Assembly: GCA_047601445.1 (NCBI GenBank)
Contig: JASGJH010000001.1
Coordinates: forward strand, 1,344,001 to 1,408,000
Source of the DNA: Myxococcales bacterium
GTDB lineage: Bacteria; Myxococcota_A; Polyangia; Polyangiales; DASUME01
Length of the DNA: 64,000 nt
Reading direction: 5' to 3'
Position 1 is the stretch's first letter, and every line of letters starts with the position of its first letter. Below, piece by piece: positions 1 through 10,608 of this stretch. Position numbers and translations under genes: made by a program. The notes beneath the pieces are model-generated. The model had not been told where the DNA came from and did not search any database. It saw only the letters and a list, made by a program, of their open reading frames with translations.

Positions 1-13
1 GACAAGGCCCCCG

Positions 14-1333
14 GTGACGCGCTCCCACCCGCTTCCGAATTTGGCGCCACGTTGGCCGCTCGGCATCGCTCTGGCGCTGTCGCTGCTGCTGCACGCTACA
101 TTTGGATTCGTCGCCTCGACGGTGCTCACAGCACCCTCGCTCGACATCGAGTTTCAGCTGCCCATGGACGTGGAGTTCGGCGCCAGCGAGCAGATGGCCC
201 TGGCTCCGAGCGCGGCCGGAAGCCAGACCACGCCGCCTCCAGGTGAAGCATCACCGAAGCCCGAAACAGGAGAAGCCGAGGCGACCGACGCCGGTGCGCC
301 GCCCGAACCCAAACCGAAGCCCAAGCCGAAGCCCAAGCTAGAGAGCGACGCTGGCCTCGAATCGAATGGAGAGGCGCCACCCGGCGCTGCGGGCAATGGC
401 TCCGAGACGCGGATCCCTGCGGGTGCTCAGATCGCGGTGCGCGTCGACATGGCCCGCATCCGCAAATCCCCGCTGGCAGACGACGTGCGACAGCTGCTGG
501 CAGCGATCCCCGACTGGAGAGCGCTGCTCGACGGTTCGGGGATCGATCCGATCGAACAGCTCGACCGCTTCATGATCGCTACCCCCAATCTACAGCGCTC
601 CAAGATCGTGGTCGCGGGTCGCTACGAAGGCGGGGAACAGACGGTTCTCGACGCGGTGGAGAAGCTGGCCGCGGCCCACGGCGCCAGCCCCGGCTGGCAC
701 GCCCAGCTCGGGGTTCGCGTGGCCACCTGGGCCAACCTCGACGAGACCCCTCGCGTGATTGCCCTGGTCGGGCCGAGTCATTTCACCATCTCCCGGGAAG
801 AAGACCTGGCCCGCGTGCTGGCCTTCGCGGCGACGCGCGCTCAAACGCAACAGAAGAAGCGTCGACCACCGGAGCCCGCGGAGCCGCTGCCCCCCCACCC
901 GGCCGACGCGCTTCTCTCGATGGAGGACAGTGAAGGACTGTCGGTGGAGGTCGAAGGAGCCGAGCAGTTCGTGCGCCGGGCCGCCAAGGGTGTGCCCTCG
1001 AAGCTACGGCTTTCGGCGGTCGAGCTGCCTGGACCTCGGGTGGAGTTACGTGGACGCCTGGTGTTCGCGGACCCCGACAAGGCTGCCATCGGTGCGGCCT
1101 TCTGGGACAACCTGCGCAACGTCTATAGTCGCAATGCCCTGGTGGCCATGCTGGGACTGGCCGAGCCGCTACAGCAAGGGACCATCCGCCAGGAGGGCGC
1201 CGAGGTTACTCTGACTGTGGGTTTGTCTCTCGAACAAACACGATTGATCCTTGGGTATCTTCGGGAACTGGTGAGACCGCCCCCGACGCCCAGCTCCAAC
1301 GCCTCGCCGAGCCCTATCCCCGCAGCGCCCTGA
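14..1333 (+). CDS. Membrane-anchored hypothetical protein with N-terminal TM helix and Pro/Lys-rich linker
   Basis: 439-aa ORF with hydrophobic segment IALALSLLLHATFG and a PEPKPKPKPKPK linker; start codon uncertain. Confidence 0.7.
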   Translation: MTRSHPLPNLAPRWPLGIALALSLLLHATFGFVASTVLTAPSLDIEFQLPMDVEFGASEQMALAPSAAGSQTTPPPGEASPKPETGEAEATDAGAPPEPKPKPKPKPKLESDAGLESNGEAPPGAAGNGSETRIPAGAQIAVRVDMARIRKSPLADDVRQLLAAIPDWRALLDGSGIDPIEQLDRFMIATPNLQRSKIVVAGRYEGGEQTVLDAVEKLAAAHGASPGWHAQLGVRVATWANLDETPRVIALVGPSHFTISREEDLARVLAFAATRAQTQQKKRRPPEPAEPLPPHPADALLSMEDSEGLSVEVEGAEQFVRRAAKGVPSKLRLSAVELPGPRVELRGRLVFADPDKAAIGAAFWDNLRNVYSRNALVAMLGLAEPLQQGTIRQEGAEVTLTVGLSLEQTRLILGYLRELVRPPPTPSSNASPSPIPAAP

Positions 1334-1407
1334 GGCCACCGGATCCTGCGATCCCGAGCCCTGGCGTACTTTCGATCGACCTGCTGAGGGGCGGGAACCG
1401 GCGGGTT

Positions 1408-1436
1408 AAACGCGAAACGCCGCCCGGAGGCGGCGT
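1408..1436 (-). terminator. Intrinsic terminator of the HU-like gene
   Basis: 8-bp stem ACGCCGCC/GGCGGCGT (1417-1436) followed on the minus strand by TTCGCGTTT. Confidence 0.6.
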
Positions 1437-1476
1437 CCGCTGGCCGGGTGACCGGCCGTAGCTCGAGCCCTTGGGC

Positions 1477-1815
1477 TCAGACCATGTCCTTCAGCTTCTT
1501 GAGCGCGGTCGCGCGGATCTTGCGCGAAGCGGGCTTGGCCGGGAAGGTCACTTCCTGGCCCGTGAAGGGGTTGATGCCCTTGCGCTTGGCCTTGGCGGGG
1601 ATGTTGCGGATCTTGAGCTTGAGGAGATCCGGCACCACGAACTCGCCGGGACCCTTCTTGCCGAGCTCGCGCTTGATCAGCTCGCTCAGCGCGCCAAACA
1701 CGCCCGCCACTTCCTTCTTGGAAAGGCCGGTCTTCTCCGCCAAAGAGCCGATGACCTGGCTCTTGCTCAACTTCTTGCCGCCCGCTCCCGCCGGTGCTGC
1801 CTTCTTGCTCGCCAT
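1477..1815 (-). CDS. HU family DNA-binding protein (HU-like subgroup)
   Basis: 112-aa basic protein with KSQVIGSLAEKTGLSKKEV and RKGINPFTGQEVTFPAKPA arm; RBS GGAGG upstream. Confidence 0.92.
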   Translation of the reverse strand: MASKKAAPAGAGGKKLSKSQVIGSLAEKTGLSKKEVAGVFGALSELIKRELGKKGPGEFVVPDLLKLKIRNIPAKAKRKGINPFTGQEVTFPAKPASRKIRATALKKLKDMV

Positions 1816-2102
1816 TGCTTCCTCCTAGGGAGGCCATCACCACGCTTGGTCATGGGCCCCTGAACTCGTCCTTTGCCCCTGGTTTTTGGGGGCATTTCGA
1901 CGTCTCCGCGTCACGCGGTTCGACTGCATCTATGCATCCGCTGTGCAGCATCGCAATAGGTTTTCGGCAAAGACCCCTCAAAAAACCGCAAGAAATGCCT
2001 GCCAGGGTCCAATCAAGCCAGTTTTGCCCCGGATTTCTGCGATCGCCTCAGATCGCCGCGCGGGCTTTTCAGGCAGATCTGCCGGGTGAAAAGCCCGCGC
2101 GG

Positions 2103-2281
2103 TCGTCCACAGCAATTCACAGGTTGCCCACAACCGCGATTGTGGCCCTGTGGAAGGACCCGCAAGTTTGCTTCACAACCCCGTCAAACCGCAGCAATTA
2201 CGCCAAAAAGATCTCGGATTGAATGGGCCCTCGCGCGCGGGGCGGAGAGCAAGTTCGAGTCCTCAGCGCAGCTTGTCCACA
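2103..2281. promoter_or_regulatory. Cluster of DnaA-box-like 9-mers
   Basis: TCGTCCACA 2103, CAATTCACA 2113, TTGCCCACA 2124, reverse AGGGCCACA 2141 and CCTTCCACA 2149, TGCTTCACA 2169, TTGTCCACA 2273. Confidence 0.5.
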
Positions 2282-2291
2282 GCTCTAGGTG

Positions 2292-2738
2292 TCACGTACG
2301 GCTCCGCTGTTTGGTGGCAGCGATCAGCATGTCGGCCCGGGCATTCATACGTCGCTCTTCGGCGACGGTCCGGTGGTCGTAGCCCAGCAAGTGCAGAAGG
2401 CCGTGGGCCAGGAGCCAGGTGACTTCGTCCCACAGAGTACGCCCCAATTCCTCGGCCTGGCGGGCTGCTGTGTCGAGCGAGATCACCACGTCGCCGAGTG
2501 CCTTGGAGCCGGGCACGGGCTTACCTTCCCGCAAGGCAAAGGCGAGCACGTCGGTGGGCTTGTCCTTGCGCCGGTGGTCGCGGTTGAGCGTGTGGATGGT
2601 GGGGTCGTCGCAGAGCAAGATGGAGAGCTCGGCGCTCTCGAGCTTGAGCGCCTGAAGCATGCGCTCGGCGCGCCGCTTGAGGGCCGCAGAGGGGATCACC
2701 CTTGATGGGACGTGGACGCGACTGATCAAGACCGGCAC
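2292..2738 (-). CDS. ybeY: rRNA maturation endoribonuclease YbeY
   Basis: LNRDHRRKDKPTDVLAF, LGDVVIS and HGLLHLLGYDH motifs; GTG start at 2738 inferred. Confidence 0.93.
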   Translation of the reverse strand: MPVLISRVHVPSRVIPSAALKRRAERMLQALKLESAELSILLCDDPTIHTLNRDHRRKDKPTDVLAFALREGKPVPGSKALGDVVISLDTAARQAEELGRTLWDEVTWLLAHGLLHLLGYDHRTVAEERRMNARADMLIAATKQRSRT

Positions 2739-2844
2739 GGGCGGGAGTTTGAGCACGGATCCGCGCGCGTCAATGTTCCTCGTCTGCATACAGGCGCTGC
2801 TATCGGTAGCCAGGCAGGCGGGCATCGGGCAAGCTCGCAGCCGG

Positions 2845-4209
2845 ATGTTCAAGAAAGTCTTGATCGCGAATCGCGGCGAGATCGCCGCCCGTGTGGCCCG
2901 CACCTGCAAGCGGCTGGGGCTCGACACCGTGGCCATCTATAGCGAAGTCGACGCCGACGGCGTGCACTGCCAGGCCTGCGACGAATCGGTGCTGATCGGA
3001 CCCGCGGATGCGCGGAGCTCCTATTTGAATGTGGCGGCCATCTTGGCGGCCGCGGACGCCACCGGCGCGGACGTGATCCATCCCGGTTATGGAATGCTCA
3101 GCGAGAGCCCCGAATTCGCGCAAGCCGTGCGAGACGCAGGGGTGAGCTTCGTCGGGTTGTCGCCGGAGCTGATGCTCAAGCTGCTCGACCGTGTGCAGTC
3201 GCGTGAGATTGCCATCAATGCCGGCGTCCGCGTGATCGATGGCAGCGAGCGTGCGGTGGAAAACGCGGCGGACGCCGCTCCGTTCGCGGAGCAGTTGGGC
3301 TATCCGCTGGCGGTGAAGGCGGTGCGCGGAGGCGGCGGACTCGGGCCGACGATGGTGCGCGAGGACAGCGAGCTCGCTGGGGCCATCGAGCGCGTGCAGA
3401 AGCGAGCGCAAGAGTTGTTCGGCGATGGCCGGGTGTACCTCGAGAAGACCTTGAGCCGGCCGCGCCACGTGGAAGTGCAAGTGGTGGCGGACTCCCACGG
3501 AGACATCGTGATCGTGGGAGATCGCGAGTGCAGCATCCAGCGCAATGGACTGCGGCTCCTGGATGAGTCACCGGCGCCGGCGCTGCTTGGGAGCGAGCGC
3601 GCTGAGCGCATCCGCGAGTCGGTTTTCGACGGGGCGCAGCGCTTTGCCCGGGAAGCCGGATTCGTCGGAGCTGGCGCGGTGGAGTTCTTGATTGACTCGC
3701 GCGGAGAGGCCTATTTCCTCGAGATGCGCCCACGCTTGCAGGTGGCACACGGCATCAGCGAAATGTGCGCGAACGTGGATCTCGTCGAGGCCCAGATGGT
3801 GATCGCCCACGGTGGCCCTGTCCCGGCAGAGATCAAGAAGGCCATTCCTTCGGGGCACGCCATGGAAGTTCGCATCACGGCGGAGCAAGTGAACCGCGGT
3901 TTCGCGCCTGCCACTGGAGTCGTCTCCGAGGTCCGCTGGCCCAACGCGTCACCCGGGCGCCTGCGTATCGAGGCGAGCATCCAGCCCGGCTCGAAGGTGA
4001 CCACGGACTACGACACCATGGTCGCCAAGGTGATCACGTTCGCTCCCACGCGACACGCGGCCCTGCTCCTGCTCGATCGGGTGCTGGCCGAGTCCGCCAT
4101 CGTGCCGCTGCCGACCAACAGTAGCTTCTTGCGGCGCATCCTCGGCCACGAGAGCTTCCGAGCCGGTCAGTACGACATCACGTTCGTGGAACAGCTACTT
4201 AGGAAGTAG
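2845..4209 (+). CDS. Biotin carboxylase (AccC-like) paralogue with degenerate catalytic motifs
   Basis: MFKKVLIANRGEIA, HPGYG, GGGG and YDTMVAKVI motifs, but EMRPRLQVAH in place of EMNTRLQVEH. Confidence 0.85.
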   Translation: MFKKVLIANRGEIAARVARTCKRLGLDTVAIYSEVDADGVHCQACDESVLIGPADARSSYLNVAAILAAADATGADVIHPGYGMLSESPEFAQAVRDAGVSFVGLSPELMLKLLDRVQSREIAINAGVRVIDGSERAVENAADAAPFAEQLGYPLAVKAVRGGGGLGPTMVREDSELAGAIERVQKRAQELFGDGRVYLEKTLSRPRHVEVQVVADSHGDIVIVGDRECSIQRNGLRLLDESPAPALLGSERAERIRESVFDGAQRFAREAGFVGAGAVEFLIDSRGEAYFLEMRPRLQVAHGISEMCANVDLVEAQMVIAHGGPVPAEIKKAIPSGHAMEVRITAEQVNRGFAPATGVVSEVRWPNASPGRLRIEASIQPGSKVTTDYDTMVAKVITFAPTRHAALLLLDRVLAESAIVPLPTNSSFLRRILGHESFRAGQYDITFVEQLLRK

Positions 4210-4219
4210 CTGTTCCACG
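4185..4219. repeat. Perfect 16-bp inverted repeat across the accC-like stop codon, possibly a terminator between convergent genes
   Basis: CGTGGAACAGCTACTT-AGG-AAGTAGCTGTTCCACG. Confidence 0.8.
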
Positions 4220-4307
4220 GGGCTCGCACGAGCTCGCTCGTACGACAGCGTGGTTCAGCACCCGGAAAGTAGCTGAGCAGCGACAGCACTCGCACGAACC
4301 GAGAGGC

Positions 4308-5598
<1,291 letters not shown>

Positions 5599-5899
5599 CT
5601 AGCCCTTGTGCGCGGGACGGCGCGCGCGATGTAGCAGGCTGATTCTCGAGCTGCAAAAGCGCAACGTCTCGGGTGCTGCGAAATCGTGGCCGCGCCCCTT
5701 TTTACGAGGCGTCTGCGTGGGATGCCCCTCGCTTTGGGCGCGAGGGGACGCGCGGCTGCCGCGACGCTTGCCCGTCGCGAGCATGACGCGGACTCCGATT
5801 GTTTCAGGGGCACTCGCTCGAGCGCGTGGATTGGCGGCTGCCCAACCATCAGGCCAATCGTGGCGCGGCCCGAGCCTGAACTGCCGTACACTGGCGAAT

Positions 5900-7192
5900 G
5901 TGGGTCCCCTGCAACGCGTGCTTTGGGCCGTCGCCGCGTCCCTCCTGGCGCATGCGGGCGCGGCATGGCTGATTCCCGAGTCCTCGGGGAACACTACCGA
6001 AGCATCCGCGAAGTCGCGCGAGCAGGCCGTCGAGGTTCCCTTCGAGGCCGTGACGGAGCTCCGCGCCCCCCTGCCCCCTGAGCTGTTGTACCCGCGGCCA
6101 CCGCCGCCGGGAGGCCCACGCAGCGCGAGCAGTCTGGATACCGCGGAGAGCGAAGCTCAGGGTGGAGATGGGGCTGCGCCCGAGGAGGCCATGCTGCTGT
6201 TCCCGTTCCTGGCCACGGTCGAGCTCCAGGACACGGACTTCAACCACCTCGAGCTCAGCCAGACCCAGCGCATTCGCACCTCCACCGAGCGCGCCACGCT
6301 CGAGCAGCGTCGGGCCACCCCGAACTCTGCAGACGCGGTCTTCCTGGCCTCGGGCGGTGTACTGGGACACGCCGAGCGGCGTCCTCCCGCGCCCAGCGAC
6401 GCTCGCTGGGGAGCCCGTGACGCAACCCAGGCGAGCGAGCGGACGACGAGCACCGGGAGTCCTGCTGAAATGCCCGCGCGCCTCCAGGCGGGCATTTCAC
6501 CGACGACGCGCGGCGAGCGCCCCAGCGACAGCGCACTCCACGATCAGGCAGACCAAGGGATCTTCCAGGGTCGTGGCGCGCGCGCATCCGACGCGGCTCG
6601 CGTGCTCCACGCACGCCCGAACGTCGACCGCGGCCCGGCGGCGACGCTGTCGGTGATGGAAGACCCGCGTGTGAAGGACGATCAAGACGCAGAGTTGCTG
6701 GCCGCGCGGCTCGAGCGCTCGTTGGTGGACGCGAGTTTGCAGCACGCCACCCTTCGCGGCCCCGGCTTGGGCGGCGCAGAGCGCGACGGCGTGGGCTTTG
6801 CTCCGCGGGGCGCCGGCCGCGGCGCGAAGGCGTCCCCCTTTGCGCCCGGTGCGGGTACGGCGGGCGTGCTCGACACCAGCGACGCGCGCTACCTGCGCTG
6901 GTTCACCAACCAACGTGCGCGGGTCCAGGATCGGCTGGTCTTTCCGGAGGCGCGGGCCCTGTCGAAGGACCAGGGCGTGAGCCTGTATCGCGTGAGCCTT
7001 GCGCGCAGCGGTCGCCTACTTTCGCCGCCGCTGCTCCTGCGATCGAGCGGCTACGCCGACTTCGATGCCTCCGCGCGCCTCGCCATCGAGCAGGCCGCGC
7101 CGTTCGAAGAGCTCCCCGCCGCGCTCGCCCCCGATCAAGAGGAGCTCTCCGTCGTGATCCCGGTGCAGTTCGACAACCCGATGGTGCAATAG
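5900..7192 (+). CDS. TonB/TolA C-terminal domain protein
   Basis: N-terminal TM with SLLAH motif; C-terminal QGVSLYRV...RSSGYADFDASARLAIEQAAPF; start inferred. Confidence 0.7.
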   Translation: MGPLQRVLWAVAASLLAHAGAAWLIPESSGNTTEASAKSREQAVEVPFEAVTELRAPLPPELLYPRPPPPGGPRSASSLDTAESEAQGGDGAAPEEAMLLFPFLATVELQDTDFNHLELSQTQRIRTSTERATLEQRRATPNSADAVFLASGGVLGHAERRPPAPSDARWGARDATQASERTTSTGSPAEMPARLQAGISPTTRGERPSDSALHDQADQGIFQGRGARASDAARVLHARPNVDRGPAATLSVMEDPRVKDDQDAELLAARLERSLVDASLQHATLRGPGLGGAERDGVGFAPRGAGRGAKASPFAPGAGTAGVLDTSDARYLRWFTNQRARVQDRLVFPEARALSKDQGVSLYRVSLARSGRLLSPPLLLRSSGYADFDASARLAIEQAAPFEELPAALAPDQEELSVVIPVQFDNPMVQ

Positions 7193-7194
7193 TC

Positions 7195-9627
7195 TCAGCG
7201 CAGGACCGACGGGCCCTCGTAAATCGCGACCGGATCCACGCCGTTCATGTGCTTGAGCAGGAACATGCGGGCCAGGAAGGGCTTGAGGGCCTCGGGCAAG
7301 GCCGCCGCCACGCCCGCCTGGGCCTGATCGCGCGACGCGAACACGTAGTCGAGCAGGCGCGAGGGGCGCTTGGGCAACATGACGATGCCCGCATCCTGGT
7401 CGAGGTTGGCGAGCTCCCGTGCGCGGGCCAGCGCCGAGCCGAAGCCCCCGAGTTGATCGACGAGGCCCACCTCGCGCGCGGCGTCGCCGCTGTAGACCCG
7501 GCCGCGGGCCAGTGCGTCGACTCGTTCGATGGGCATCTTGCGGCCATCGGACACCCGCGAAAGGAACTGCCGGTACCAGATGCGCAGCTTCTCCGCGAGC
7601 ACCGCGCGCTCCTCGTCGGTGAACGGACGAAACACGCTGTCGGCTCCAGCATGGGCCCCGCGTCGCTCGGACTCGATGCCAACCCCGAAGCGCGCCGCGA
7701 TGGGAGCCACGTCGACCTTGCCGTAGAAGATGCCGATGGAGCCCGTGATGGTGGAGGGCGAAGCCCAGATCTCGTCCGCCCCCGCCGCCACGTAGTAACC
7801 GCCGCTCGCGGCCACGTCGCCCATGGACGCGATGACCGGCTTCTTGGCGCGAGCGCGCTTGACCGCGCGCCAGATCTGGTCGGAGGCCATCACGGCTCCA
7901 CCAGGGCTGTCGATGCGCAGGACGATGGCCCGGATGCGCGGGTCGTTGGTGAACTTGTCGATGGTGTCGACGATGGTGCGGCCACCGCTCAGGTGGACAT
8001 CGACGAACGGCACGTCCACGTTCTCCCCGTCGACGATGGTGCCGTCGATGACCACGACGCCGATTTGGCCCGTGGGACCAAATGCTGGGTCAATCTCACG
8101 TGCGCCCTGGTCGATCACGTGGGTGTGCGGCCCGAAAAGGTCCTTGGCCTCGCGATCGACGTCACGACGATCGACTTCTGCGGCCACCAGCTTCTCGCTC
8201 AGTGCTTCGGTCGCGAGGAAGGGCCCGCGGTCGATCACGGCCCGCACGTCGCTCTCGCCGCGGCCGAGGTCCCCAGCCAAGTCGTGAACCAGTCGCCGGT
8301 AGGCGTCGTCGACGATGGCCTTGCGCTCCTCACGCGCCGGCTCGGAGGCCCCCGCATTCGTGTACTGCTCGGGAGCGCTCTTGTACCGCCCGATGCGCAC
8401 GAAATCCGCTCGGACTCCGATGTTCTGCAGGAGCTCCCCGAAGTACAGGGACTCACCGGAGACACCCATCAGGCGCACCATGCCCGCGGGATCGATGCTG
8501 ATGCGCTTGGCGCCGGCGCACAGGTAGTACTCGCTGCCAGAGGCCAACTCGAGGTGACAGTAGGTGGGCTTGCCGGCCTGCTCCAGGGCCTGCAGCATCA
8601 GGCGCACCTCCTGCGCCGAGGCCAGCCCCGCGCCCGTATCGGAGGGCGAAATCACCACCCCTTGAATGCGCGGATCGTGCAGCGCCGAGTCGAGTGCCAG
8701 GACGGTGCCGAGCAACGCACGCGGGGCGAGACTCTCGATGCGGATGCGCGCCACATAGCGTGTGCCCGGAAGCCCCCTGCGCGGCTGCGTGTGCACGTCT
8801 GCCAGCAACGACCAGCCCACCTTGTCGGCTTGCTTGGAGGTGTGAATCGCGGGCGCCACGGAGAGCTCCTCCCAGCGCACGTCGAGCCCCGCGGTGATGG
8901 TCCAGACCTGGCGCGATCCGATTTCGGTCAGCTCGCCTGCAGCGCCGAGGCGACCCACGTGGGGCACGGGGACCTGTGCGGCCGCGCGCACCCCCATGTC
9001 GCGCTCTTGATCCACCAGCCCCGCCAGCTCCACCATCAACCGATCGTCTCCGAGCGGGCGAACGGCCATCGCCAACAACGCCGAGCGCCTCAAGGCGAGT
9101 TCGCCGAGTCGCGGGTGCCCTGCGGACAAGTCACGCCCAATCAGGCTCACTCCGAGGGTGGTCGACGGCCGGAACGTGAGCGCGAGATCGGTCGTGTTCA
9201 CGTTCGGGCCGCCGTCGCGCGGGGAGCGGAAGCGCCAGTTGGCTCCCAACGAGAAATAGGTCCCCATGTTGAAGGCCGCACCGAGCACGAAGCCATTGGT
9301 GGATGCCAGGCCCGGCGTGCTCGCGCGCATGAAATCGAGGCCGCCTCCCAGGGAGAGTCGCCGCCCCACCGACCCCGCCAACCAGGCCGCATCGAGTTGA
9401 TCCGGATAGGCCGTATTGCCGACGGCGGACACGTGGCTGTAGGTGAACGAGAGCCCGTGAAGCGCGCCCAGGGCCGACGGGTTGACCGAGGTGGCCGAGG
9501 CGTTGTCAGGGCTCACGATGGATACAGGAAACGCAGTCGCGGAGGTAAGTGGAGTTCGTACCTGAGCCGACACTGTCGCAGAGCACCACACGACTACGGC
9601 AACCACGGAGCATGCGAGACGTTTCAT
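7195..9627 (-). CDS. sppA: Signal peptide peptidase SppA (S49) with signal peptide and extra N-terminal beta-rich domain
   Basis: GRYKSA (Lys), RIDSPGG, MGDVAASGGYY (Ser), TGSIGI, GRVYSG motifs. Confidence 0.9.
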   Translation of the reverse strand: MKRLACSVVAVVVWCSATVSAQVRTPLTSATAFPVSIVSPDNASATSVNPSALGALHGLSFTYSHVSAVGNTAYPDQLDAAWLAGSVGRRLSLGGGLDFMRASTPGLASTNGFVLGAAFNMGTYFSLGANWRFRSPRDGGPNVNTTDLALTFRPSTTLGVSLIGRDLSAGHPRLGELALRRSALLAMAVRPLGDDRLMVELAGLVDQERDMGVRAAAQVPVPHVGRLGAAGELTEIGSRQVWTITAGLDVRWEELSVAPAIHTSKQADKVGWSLLADVHTQPRRGLPGTRYVARIRIESLAPRALLGTVLALDSALHDPRIQGVVISPSDTGAGLASAQEVRLMLQALEQAGKPTYCHLELASGSEYYLCAGAKRISIDPAGMVRLMGVSGESLYFGELLQNIGVRADFVRIGRYKSAPEQYTNAGASEPAREERKAIVDDAYRRLVHDLAGDLGRGESDVRAVIDRGPFLATEALSEKLVAAEVDRRDVDREAKDLFGPHTHVIDQGAREIDPAFGPTGQIGVVVIDGTIVDGENVDVPFVDVHLSGGRTIVDTIDKFTNDPRIRAIVLRIDSPGGAVMASDQIWRAVKRARAKKPVIASMGDVAASGGYYVAAGADEIWASPSTITGSIGIFYGKVDVAPIAARFGVGIESERRGAHAGADSVFRPFTDEERAVLAEKLRIWYRQFLSRVSDGRKMPIERVDALARGRVYSGDAAREVGLVDQLGGFGSALARARELANLDQDAGIVMLPKRPSRLLDYVFASRDQAQAGVAAALPEALKPFLARMFLLKHMNGVDPVAIYEGPSVLR

Positions 9628-9769
9628 GGGCGCCTAAGCCATATCACGGAGAGTGCGTGGGAACGGGACGAAACCCCCGACTTCGTGGCATTCTCCGAGG
9701 CCTATCGCCTTGGCATCTTCCGTGTCGCCCCGCCTCGCCTATCGTGCGCTCCTCTTCTTCTGTCGTCGT

Positions 9770-10608
9770 GTGACCACGGGGAGTGGTGCCCGTCGAGGCG
9801 CGCGTGGTTCGTCGTCGCGCCCAGTGGGTGTGCTGTTGCTGTCGTGGGGCTTGTTGCTGGGGCTCGTGTGCCAGGCCGCGCCTCCGTGTGCCTCGGCGCA
9901 AGCGCGCTCCGAGGCGTCGACCGCCAAGTCTCCACCCAGTGCCGCCATCCAGCACTACAACCGCGGTCGAGAGCACTACCAGGCAGGTCGCTACCGCGAT
10001 GCACTACAAGAGCTCGAGGTGGCGGTGAACCTGGATCGTCGTCCCCCAACCTGGTCTACAACGTGGCCCGCGTGTACGAGTTGCTGGGCGACATCGACCA
10101 GGCGATCGCTTTCTACCGCCGCTATCGCGACATGTTGCCCGCCAACGAGCAGGCCGAGCGCGACCGCACCGAGCTCACGCTGCAGCGCCTCGAGGGGGCG
10201 CGCGAACACGTCGACACCACGGCGCCGCCCGCCACCATCATCGAGCGCAAGCGCGGCGTGGCCGACGGCGCGTTTTGGACCGTGGCGAGTATCGGTGGCT
10301 TGGCTTTGATCGGGGCGGGGGTCACTGGAGCCCTGGCCTTGACCACGCAGCACGACAGTGACGAATTCGTGCTGGGTAAGGACGGCGGCGTAAAGGGACG
10401 TGAGGCGCTGGTGGATCGCGCCGACCGCTATGCCTTGAGCAGTGACATCCTCCTGCTCGGGGGCGCGGCGCTCGGCGTGACCGCCATTCTCATGTACACC
10501 CTGCGCGAGCAAACGGTGCGCGAACCCGGCCCGCCCATGGAGCGCTTCGCCTGGAACGTGCAGGCTTCGCCCACGGGCGTGATGCTGGGGCTGCGGGGCA
10601 GCCTATGA
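9770..10608 (+). CDS. TPR-containing exported/membrane protein, one base missing near 10037
   Basis: HYNRGREHYQAGRYRDAL continues after the shift as PNLVYNVARVYELLGDIDQAIAFYRRY; C-terminal hydrophobic hairpin. Confidence 0.75.

Noticed and set aside
300..340. Short tandem repeat CCCAAGCCGAAG as a contingency locus
   Set aside because: In-frame Pro-Lys linker with synonymous variation; ordinary low-complexity coding sequence
7249..10030. Long antisense ORFs such as 7249..10608, 14360..16303, 21829..23586, 30922..33354, 38554..40632 and 52429..54696
   Set aside because: Shadow frames of real high-GC genes with no recognisable motifs; only the 3' end of 7249..10608 is real, as part of the TPR gene
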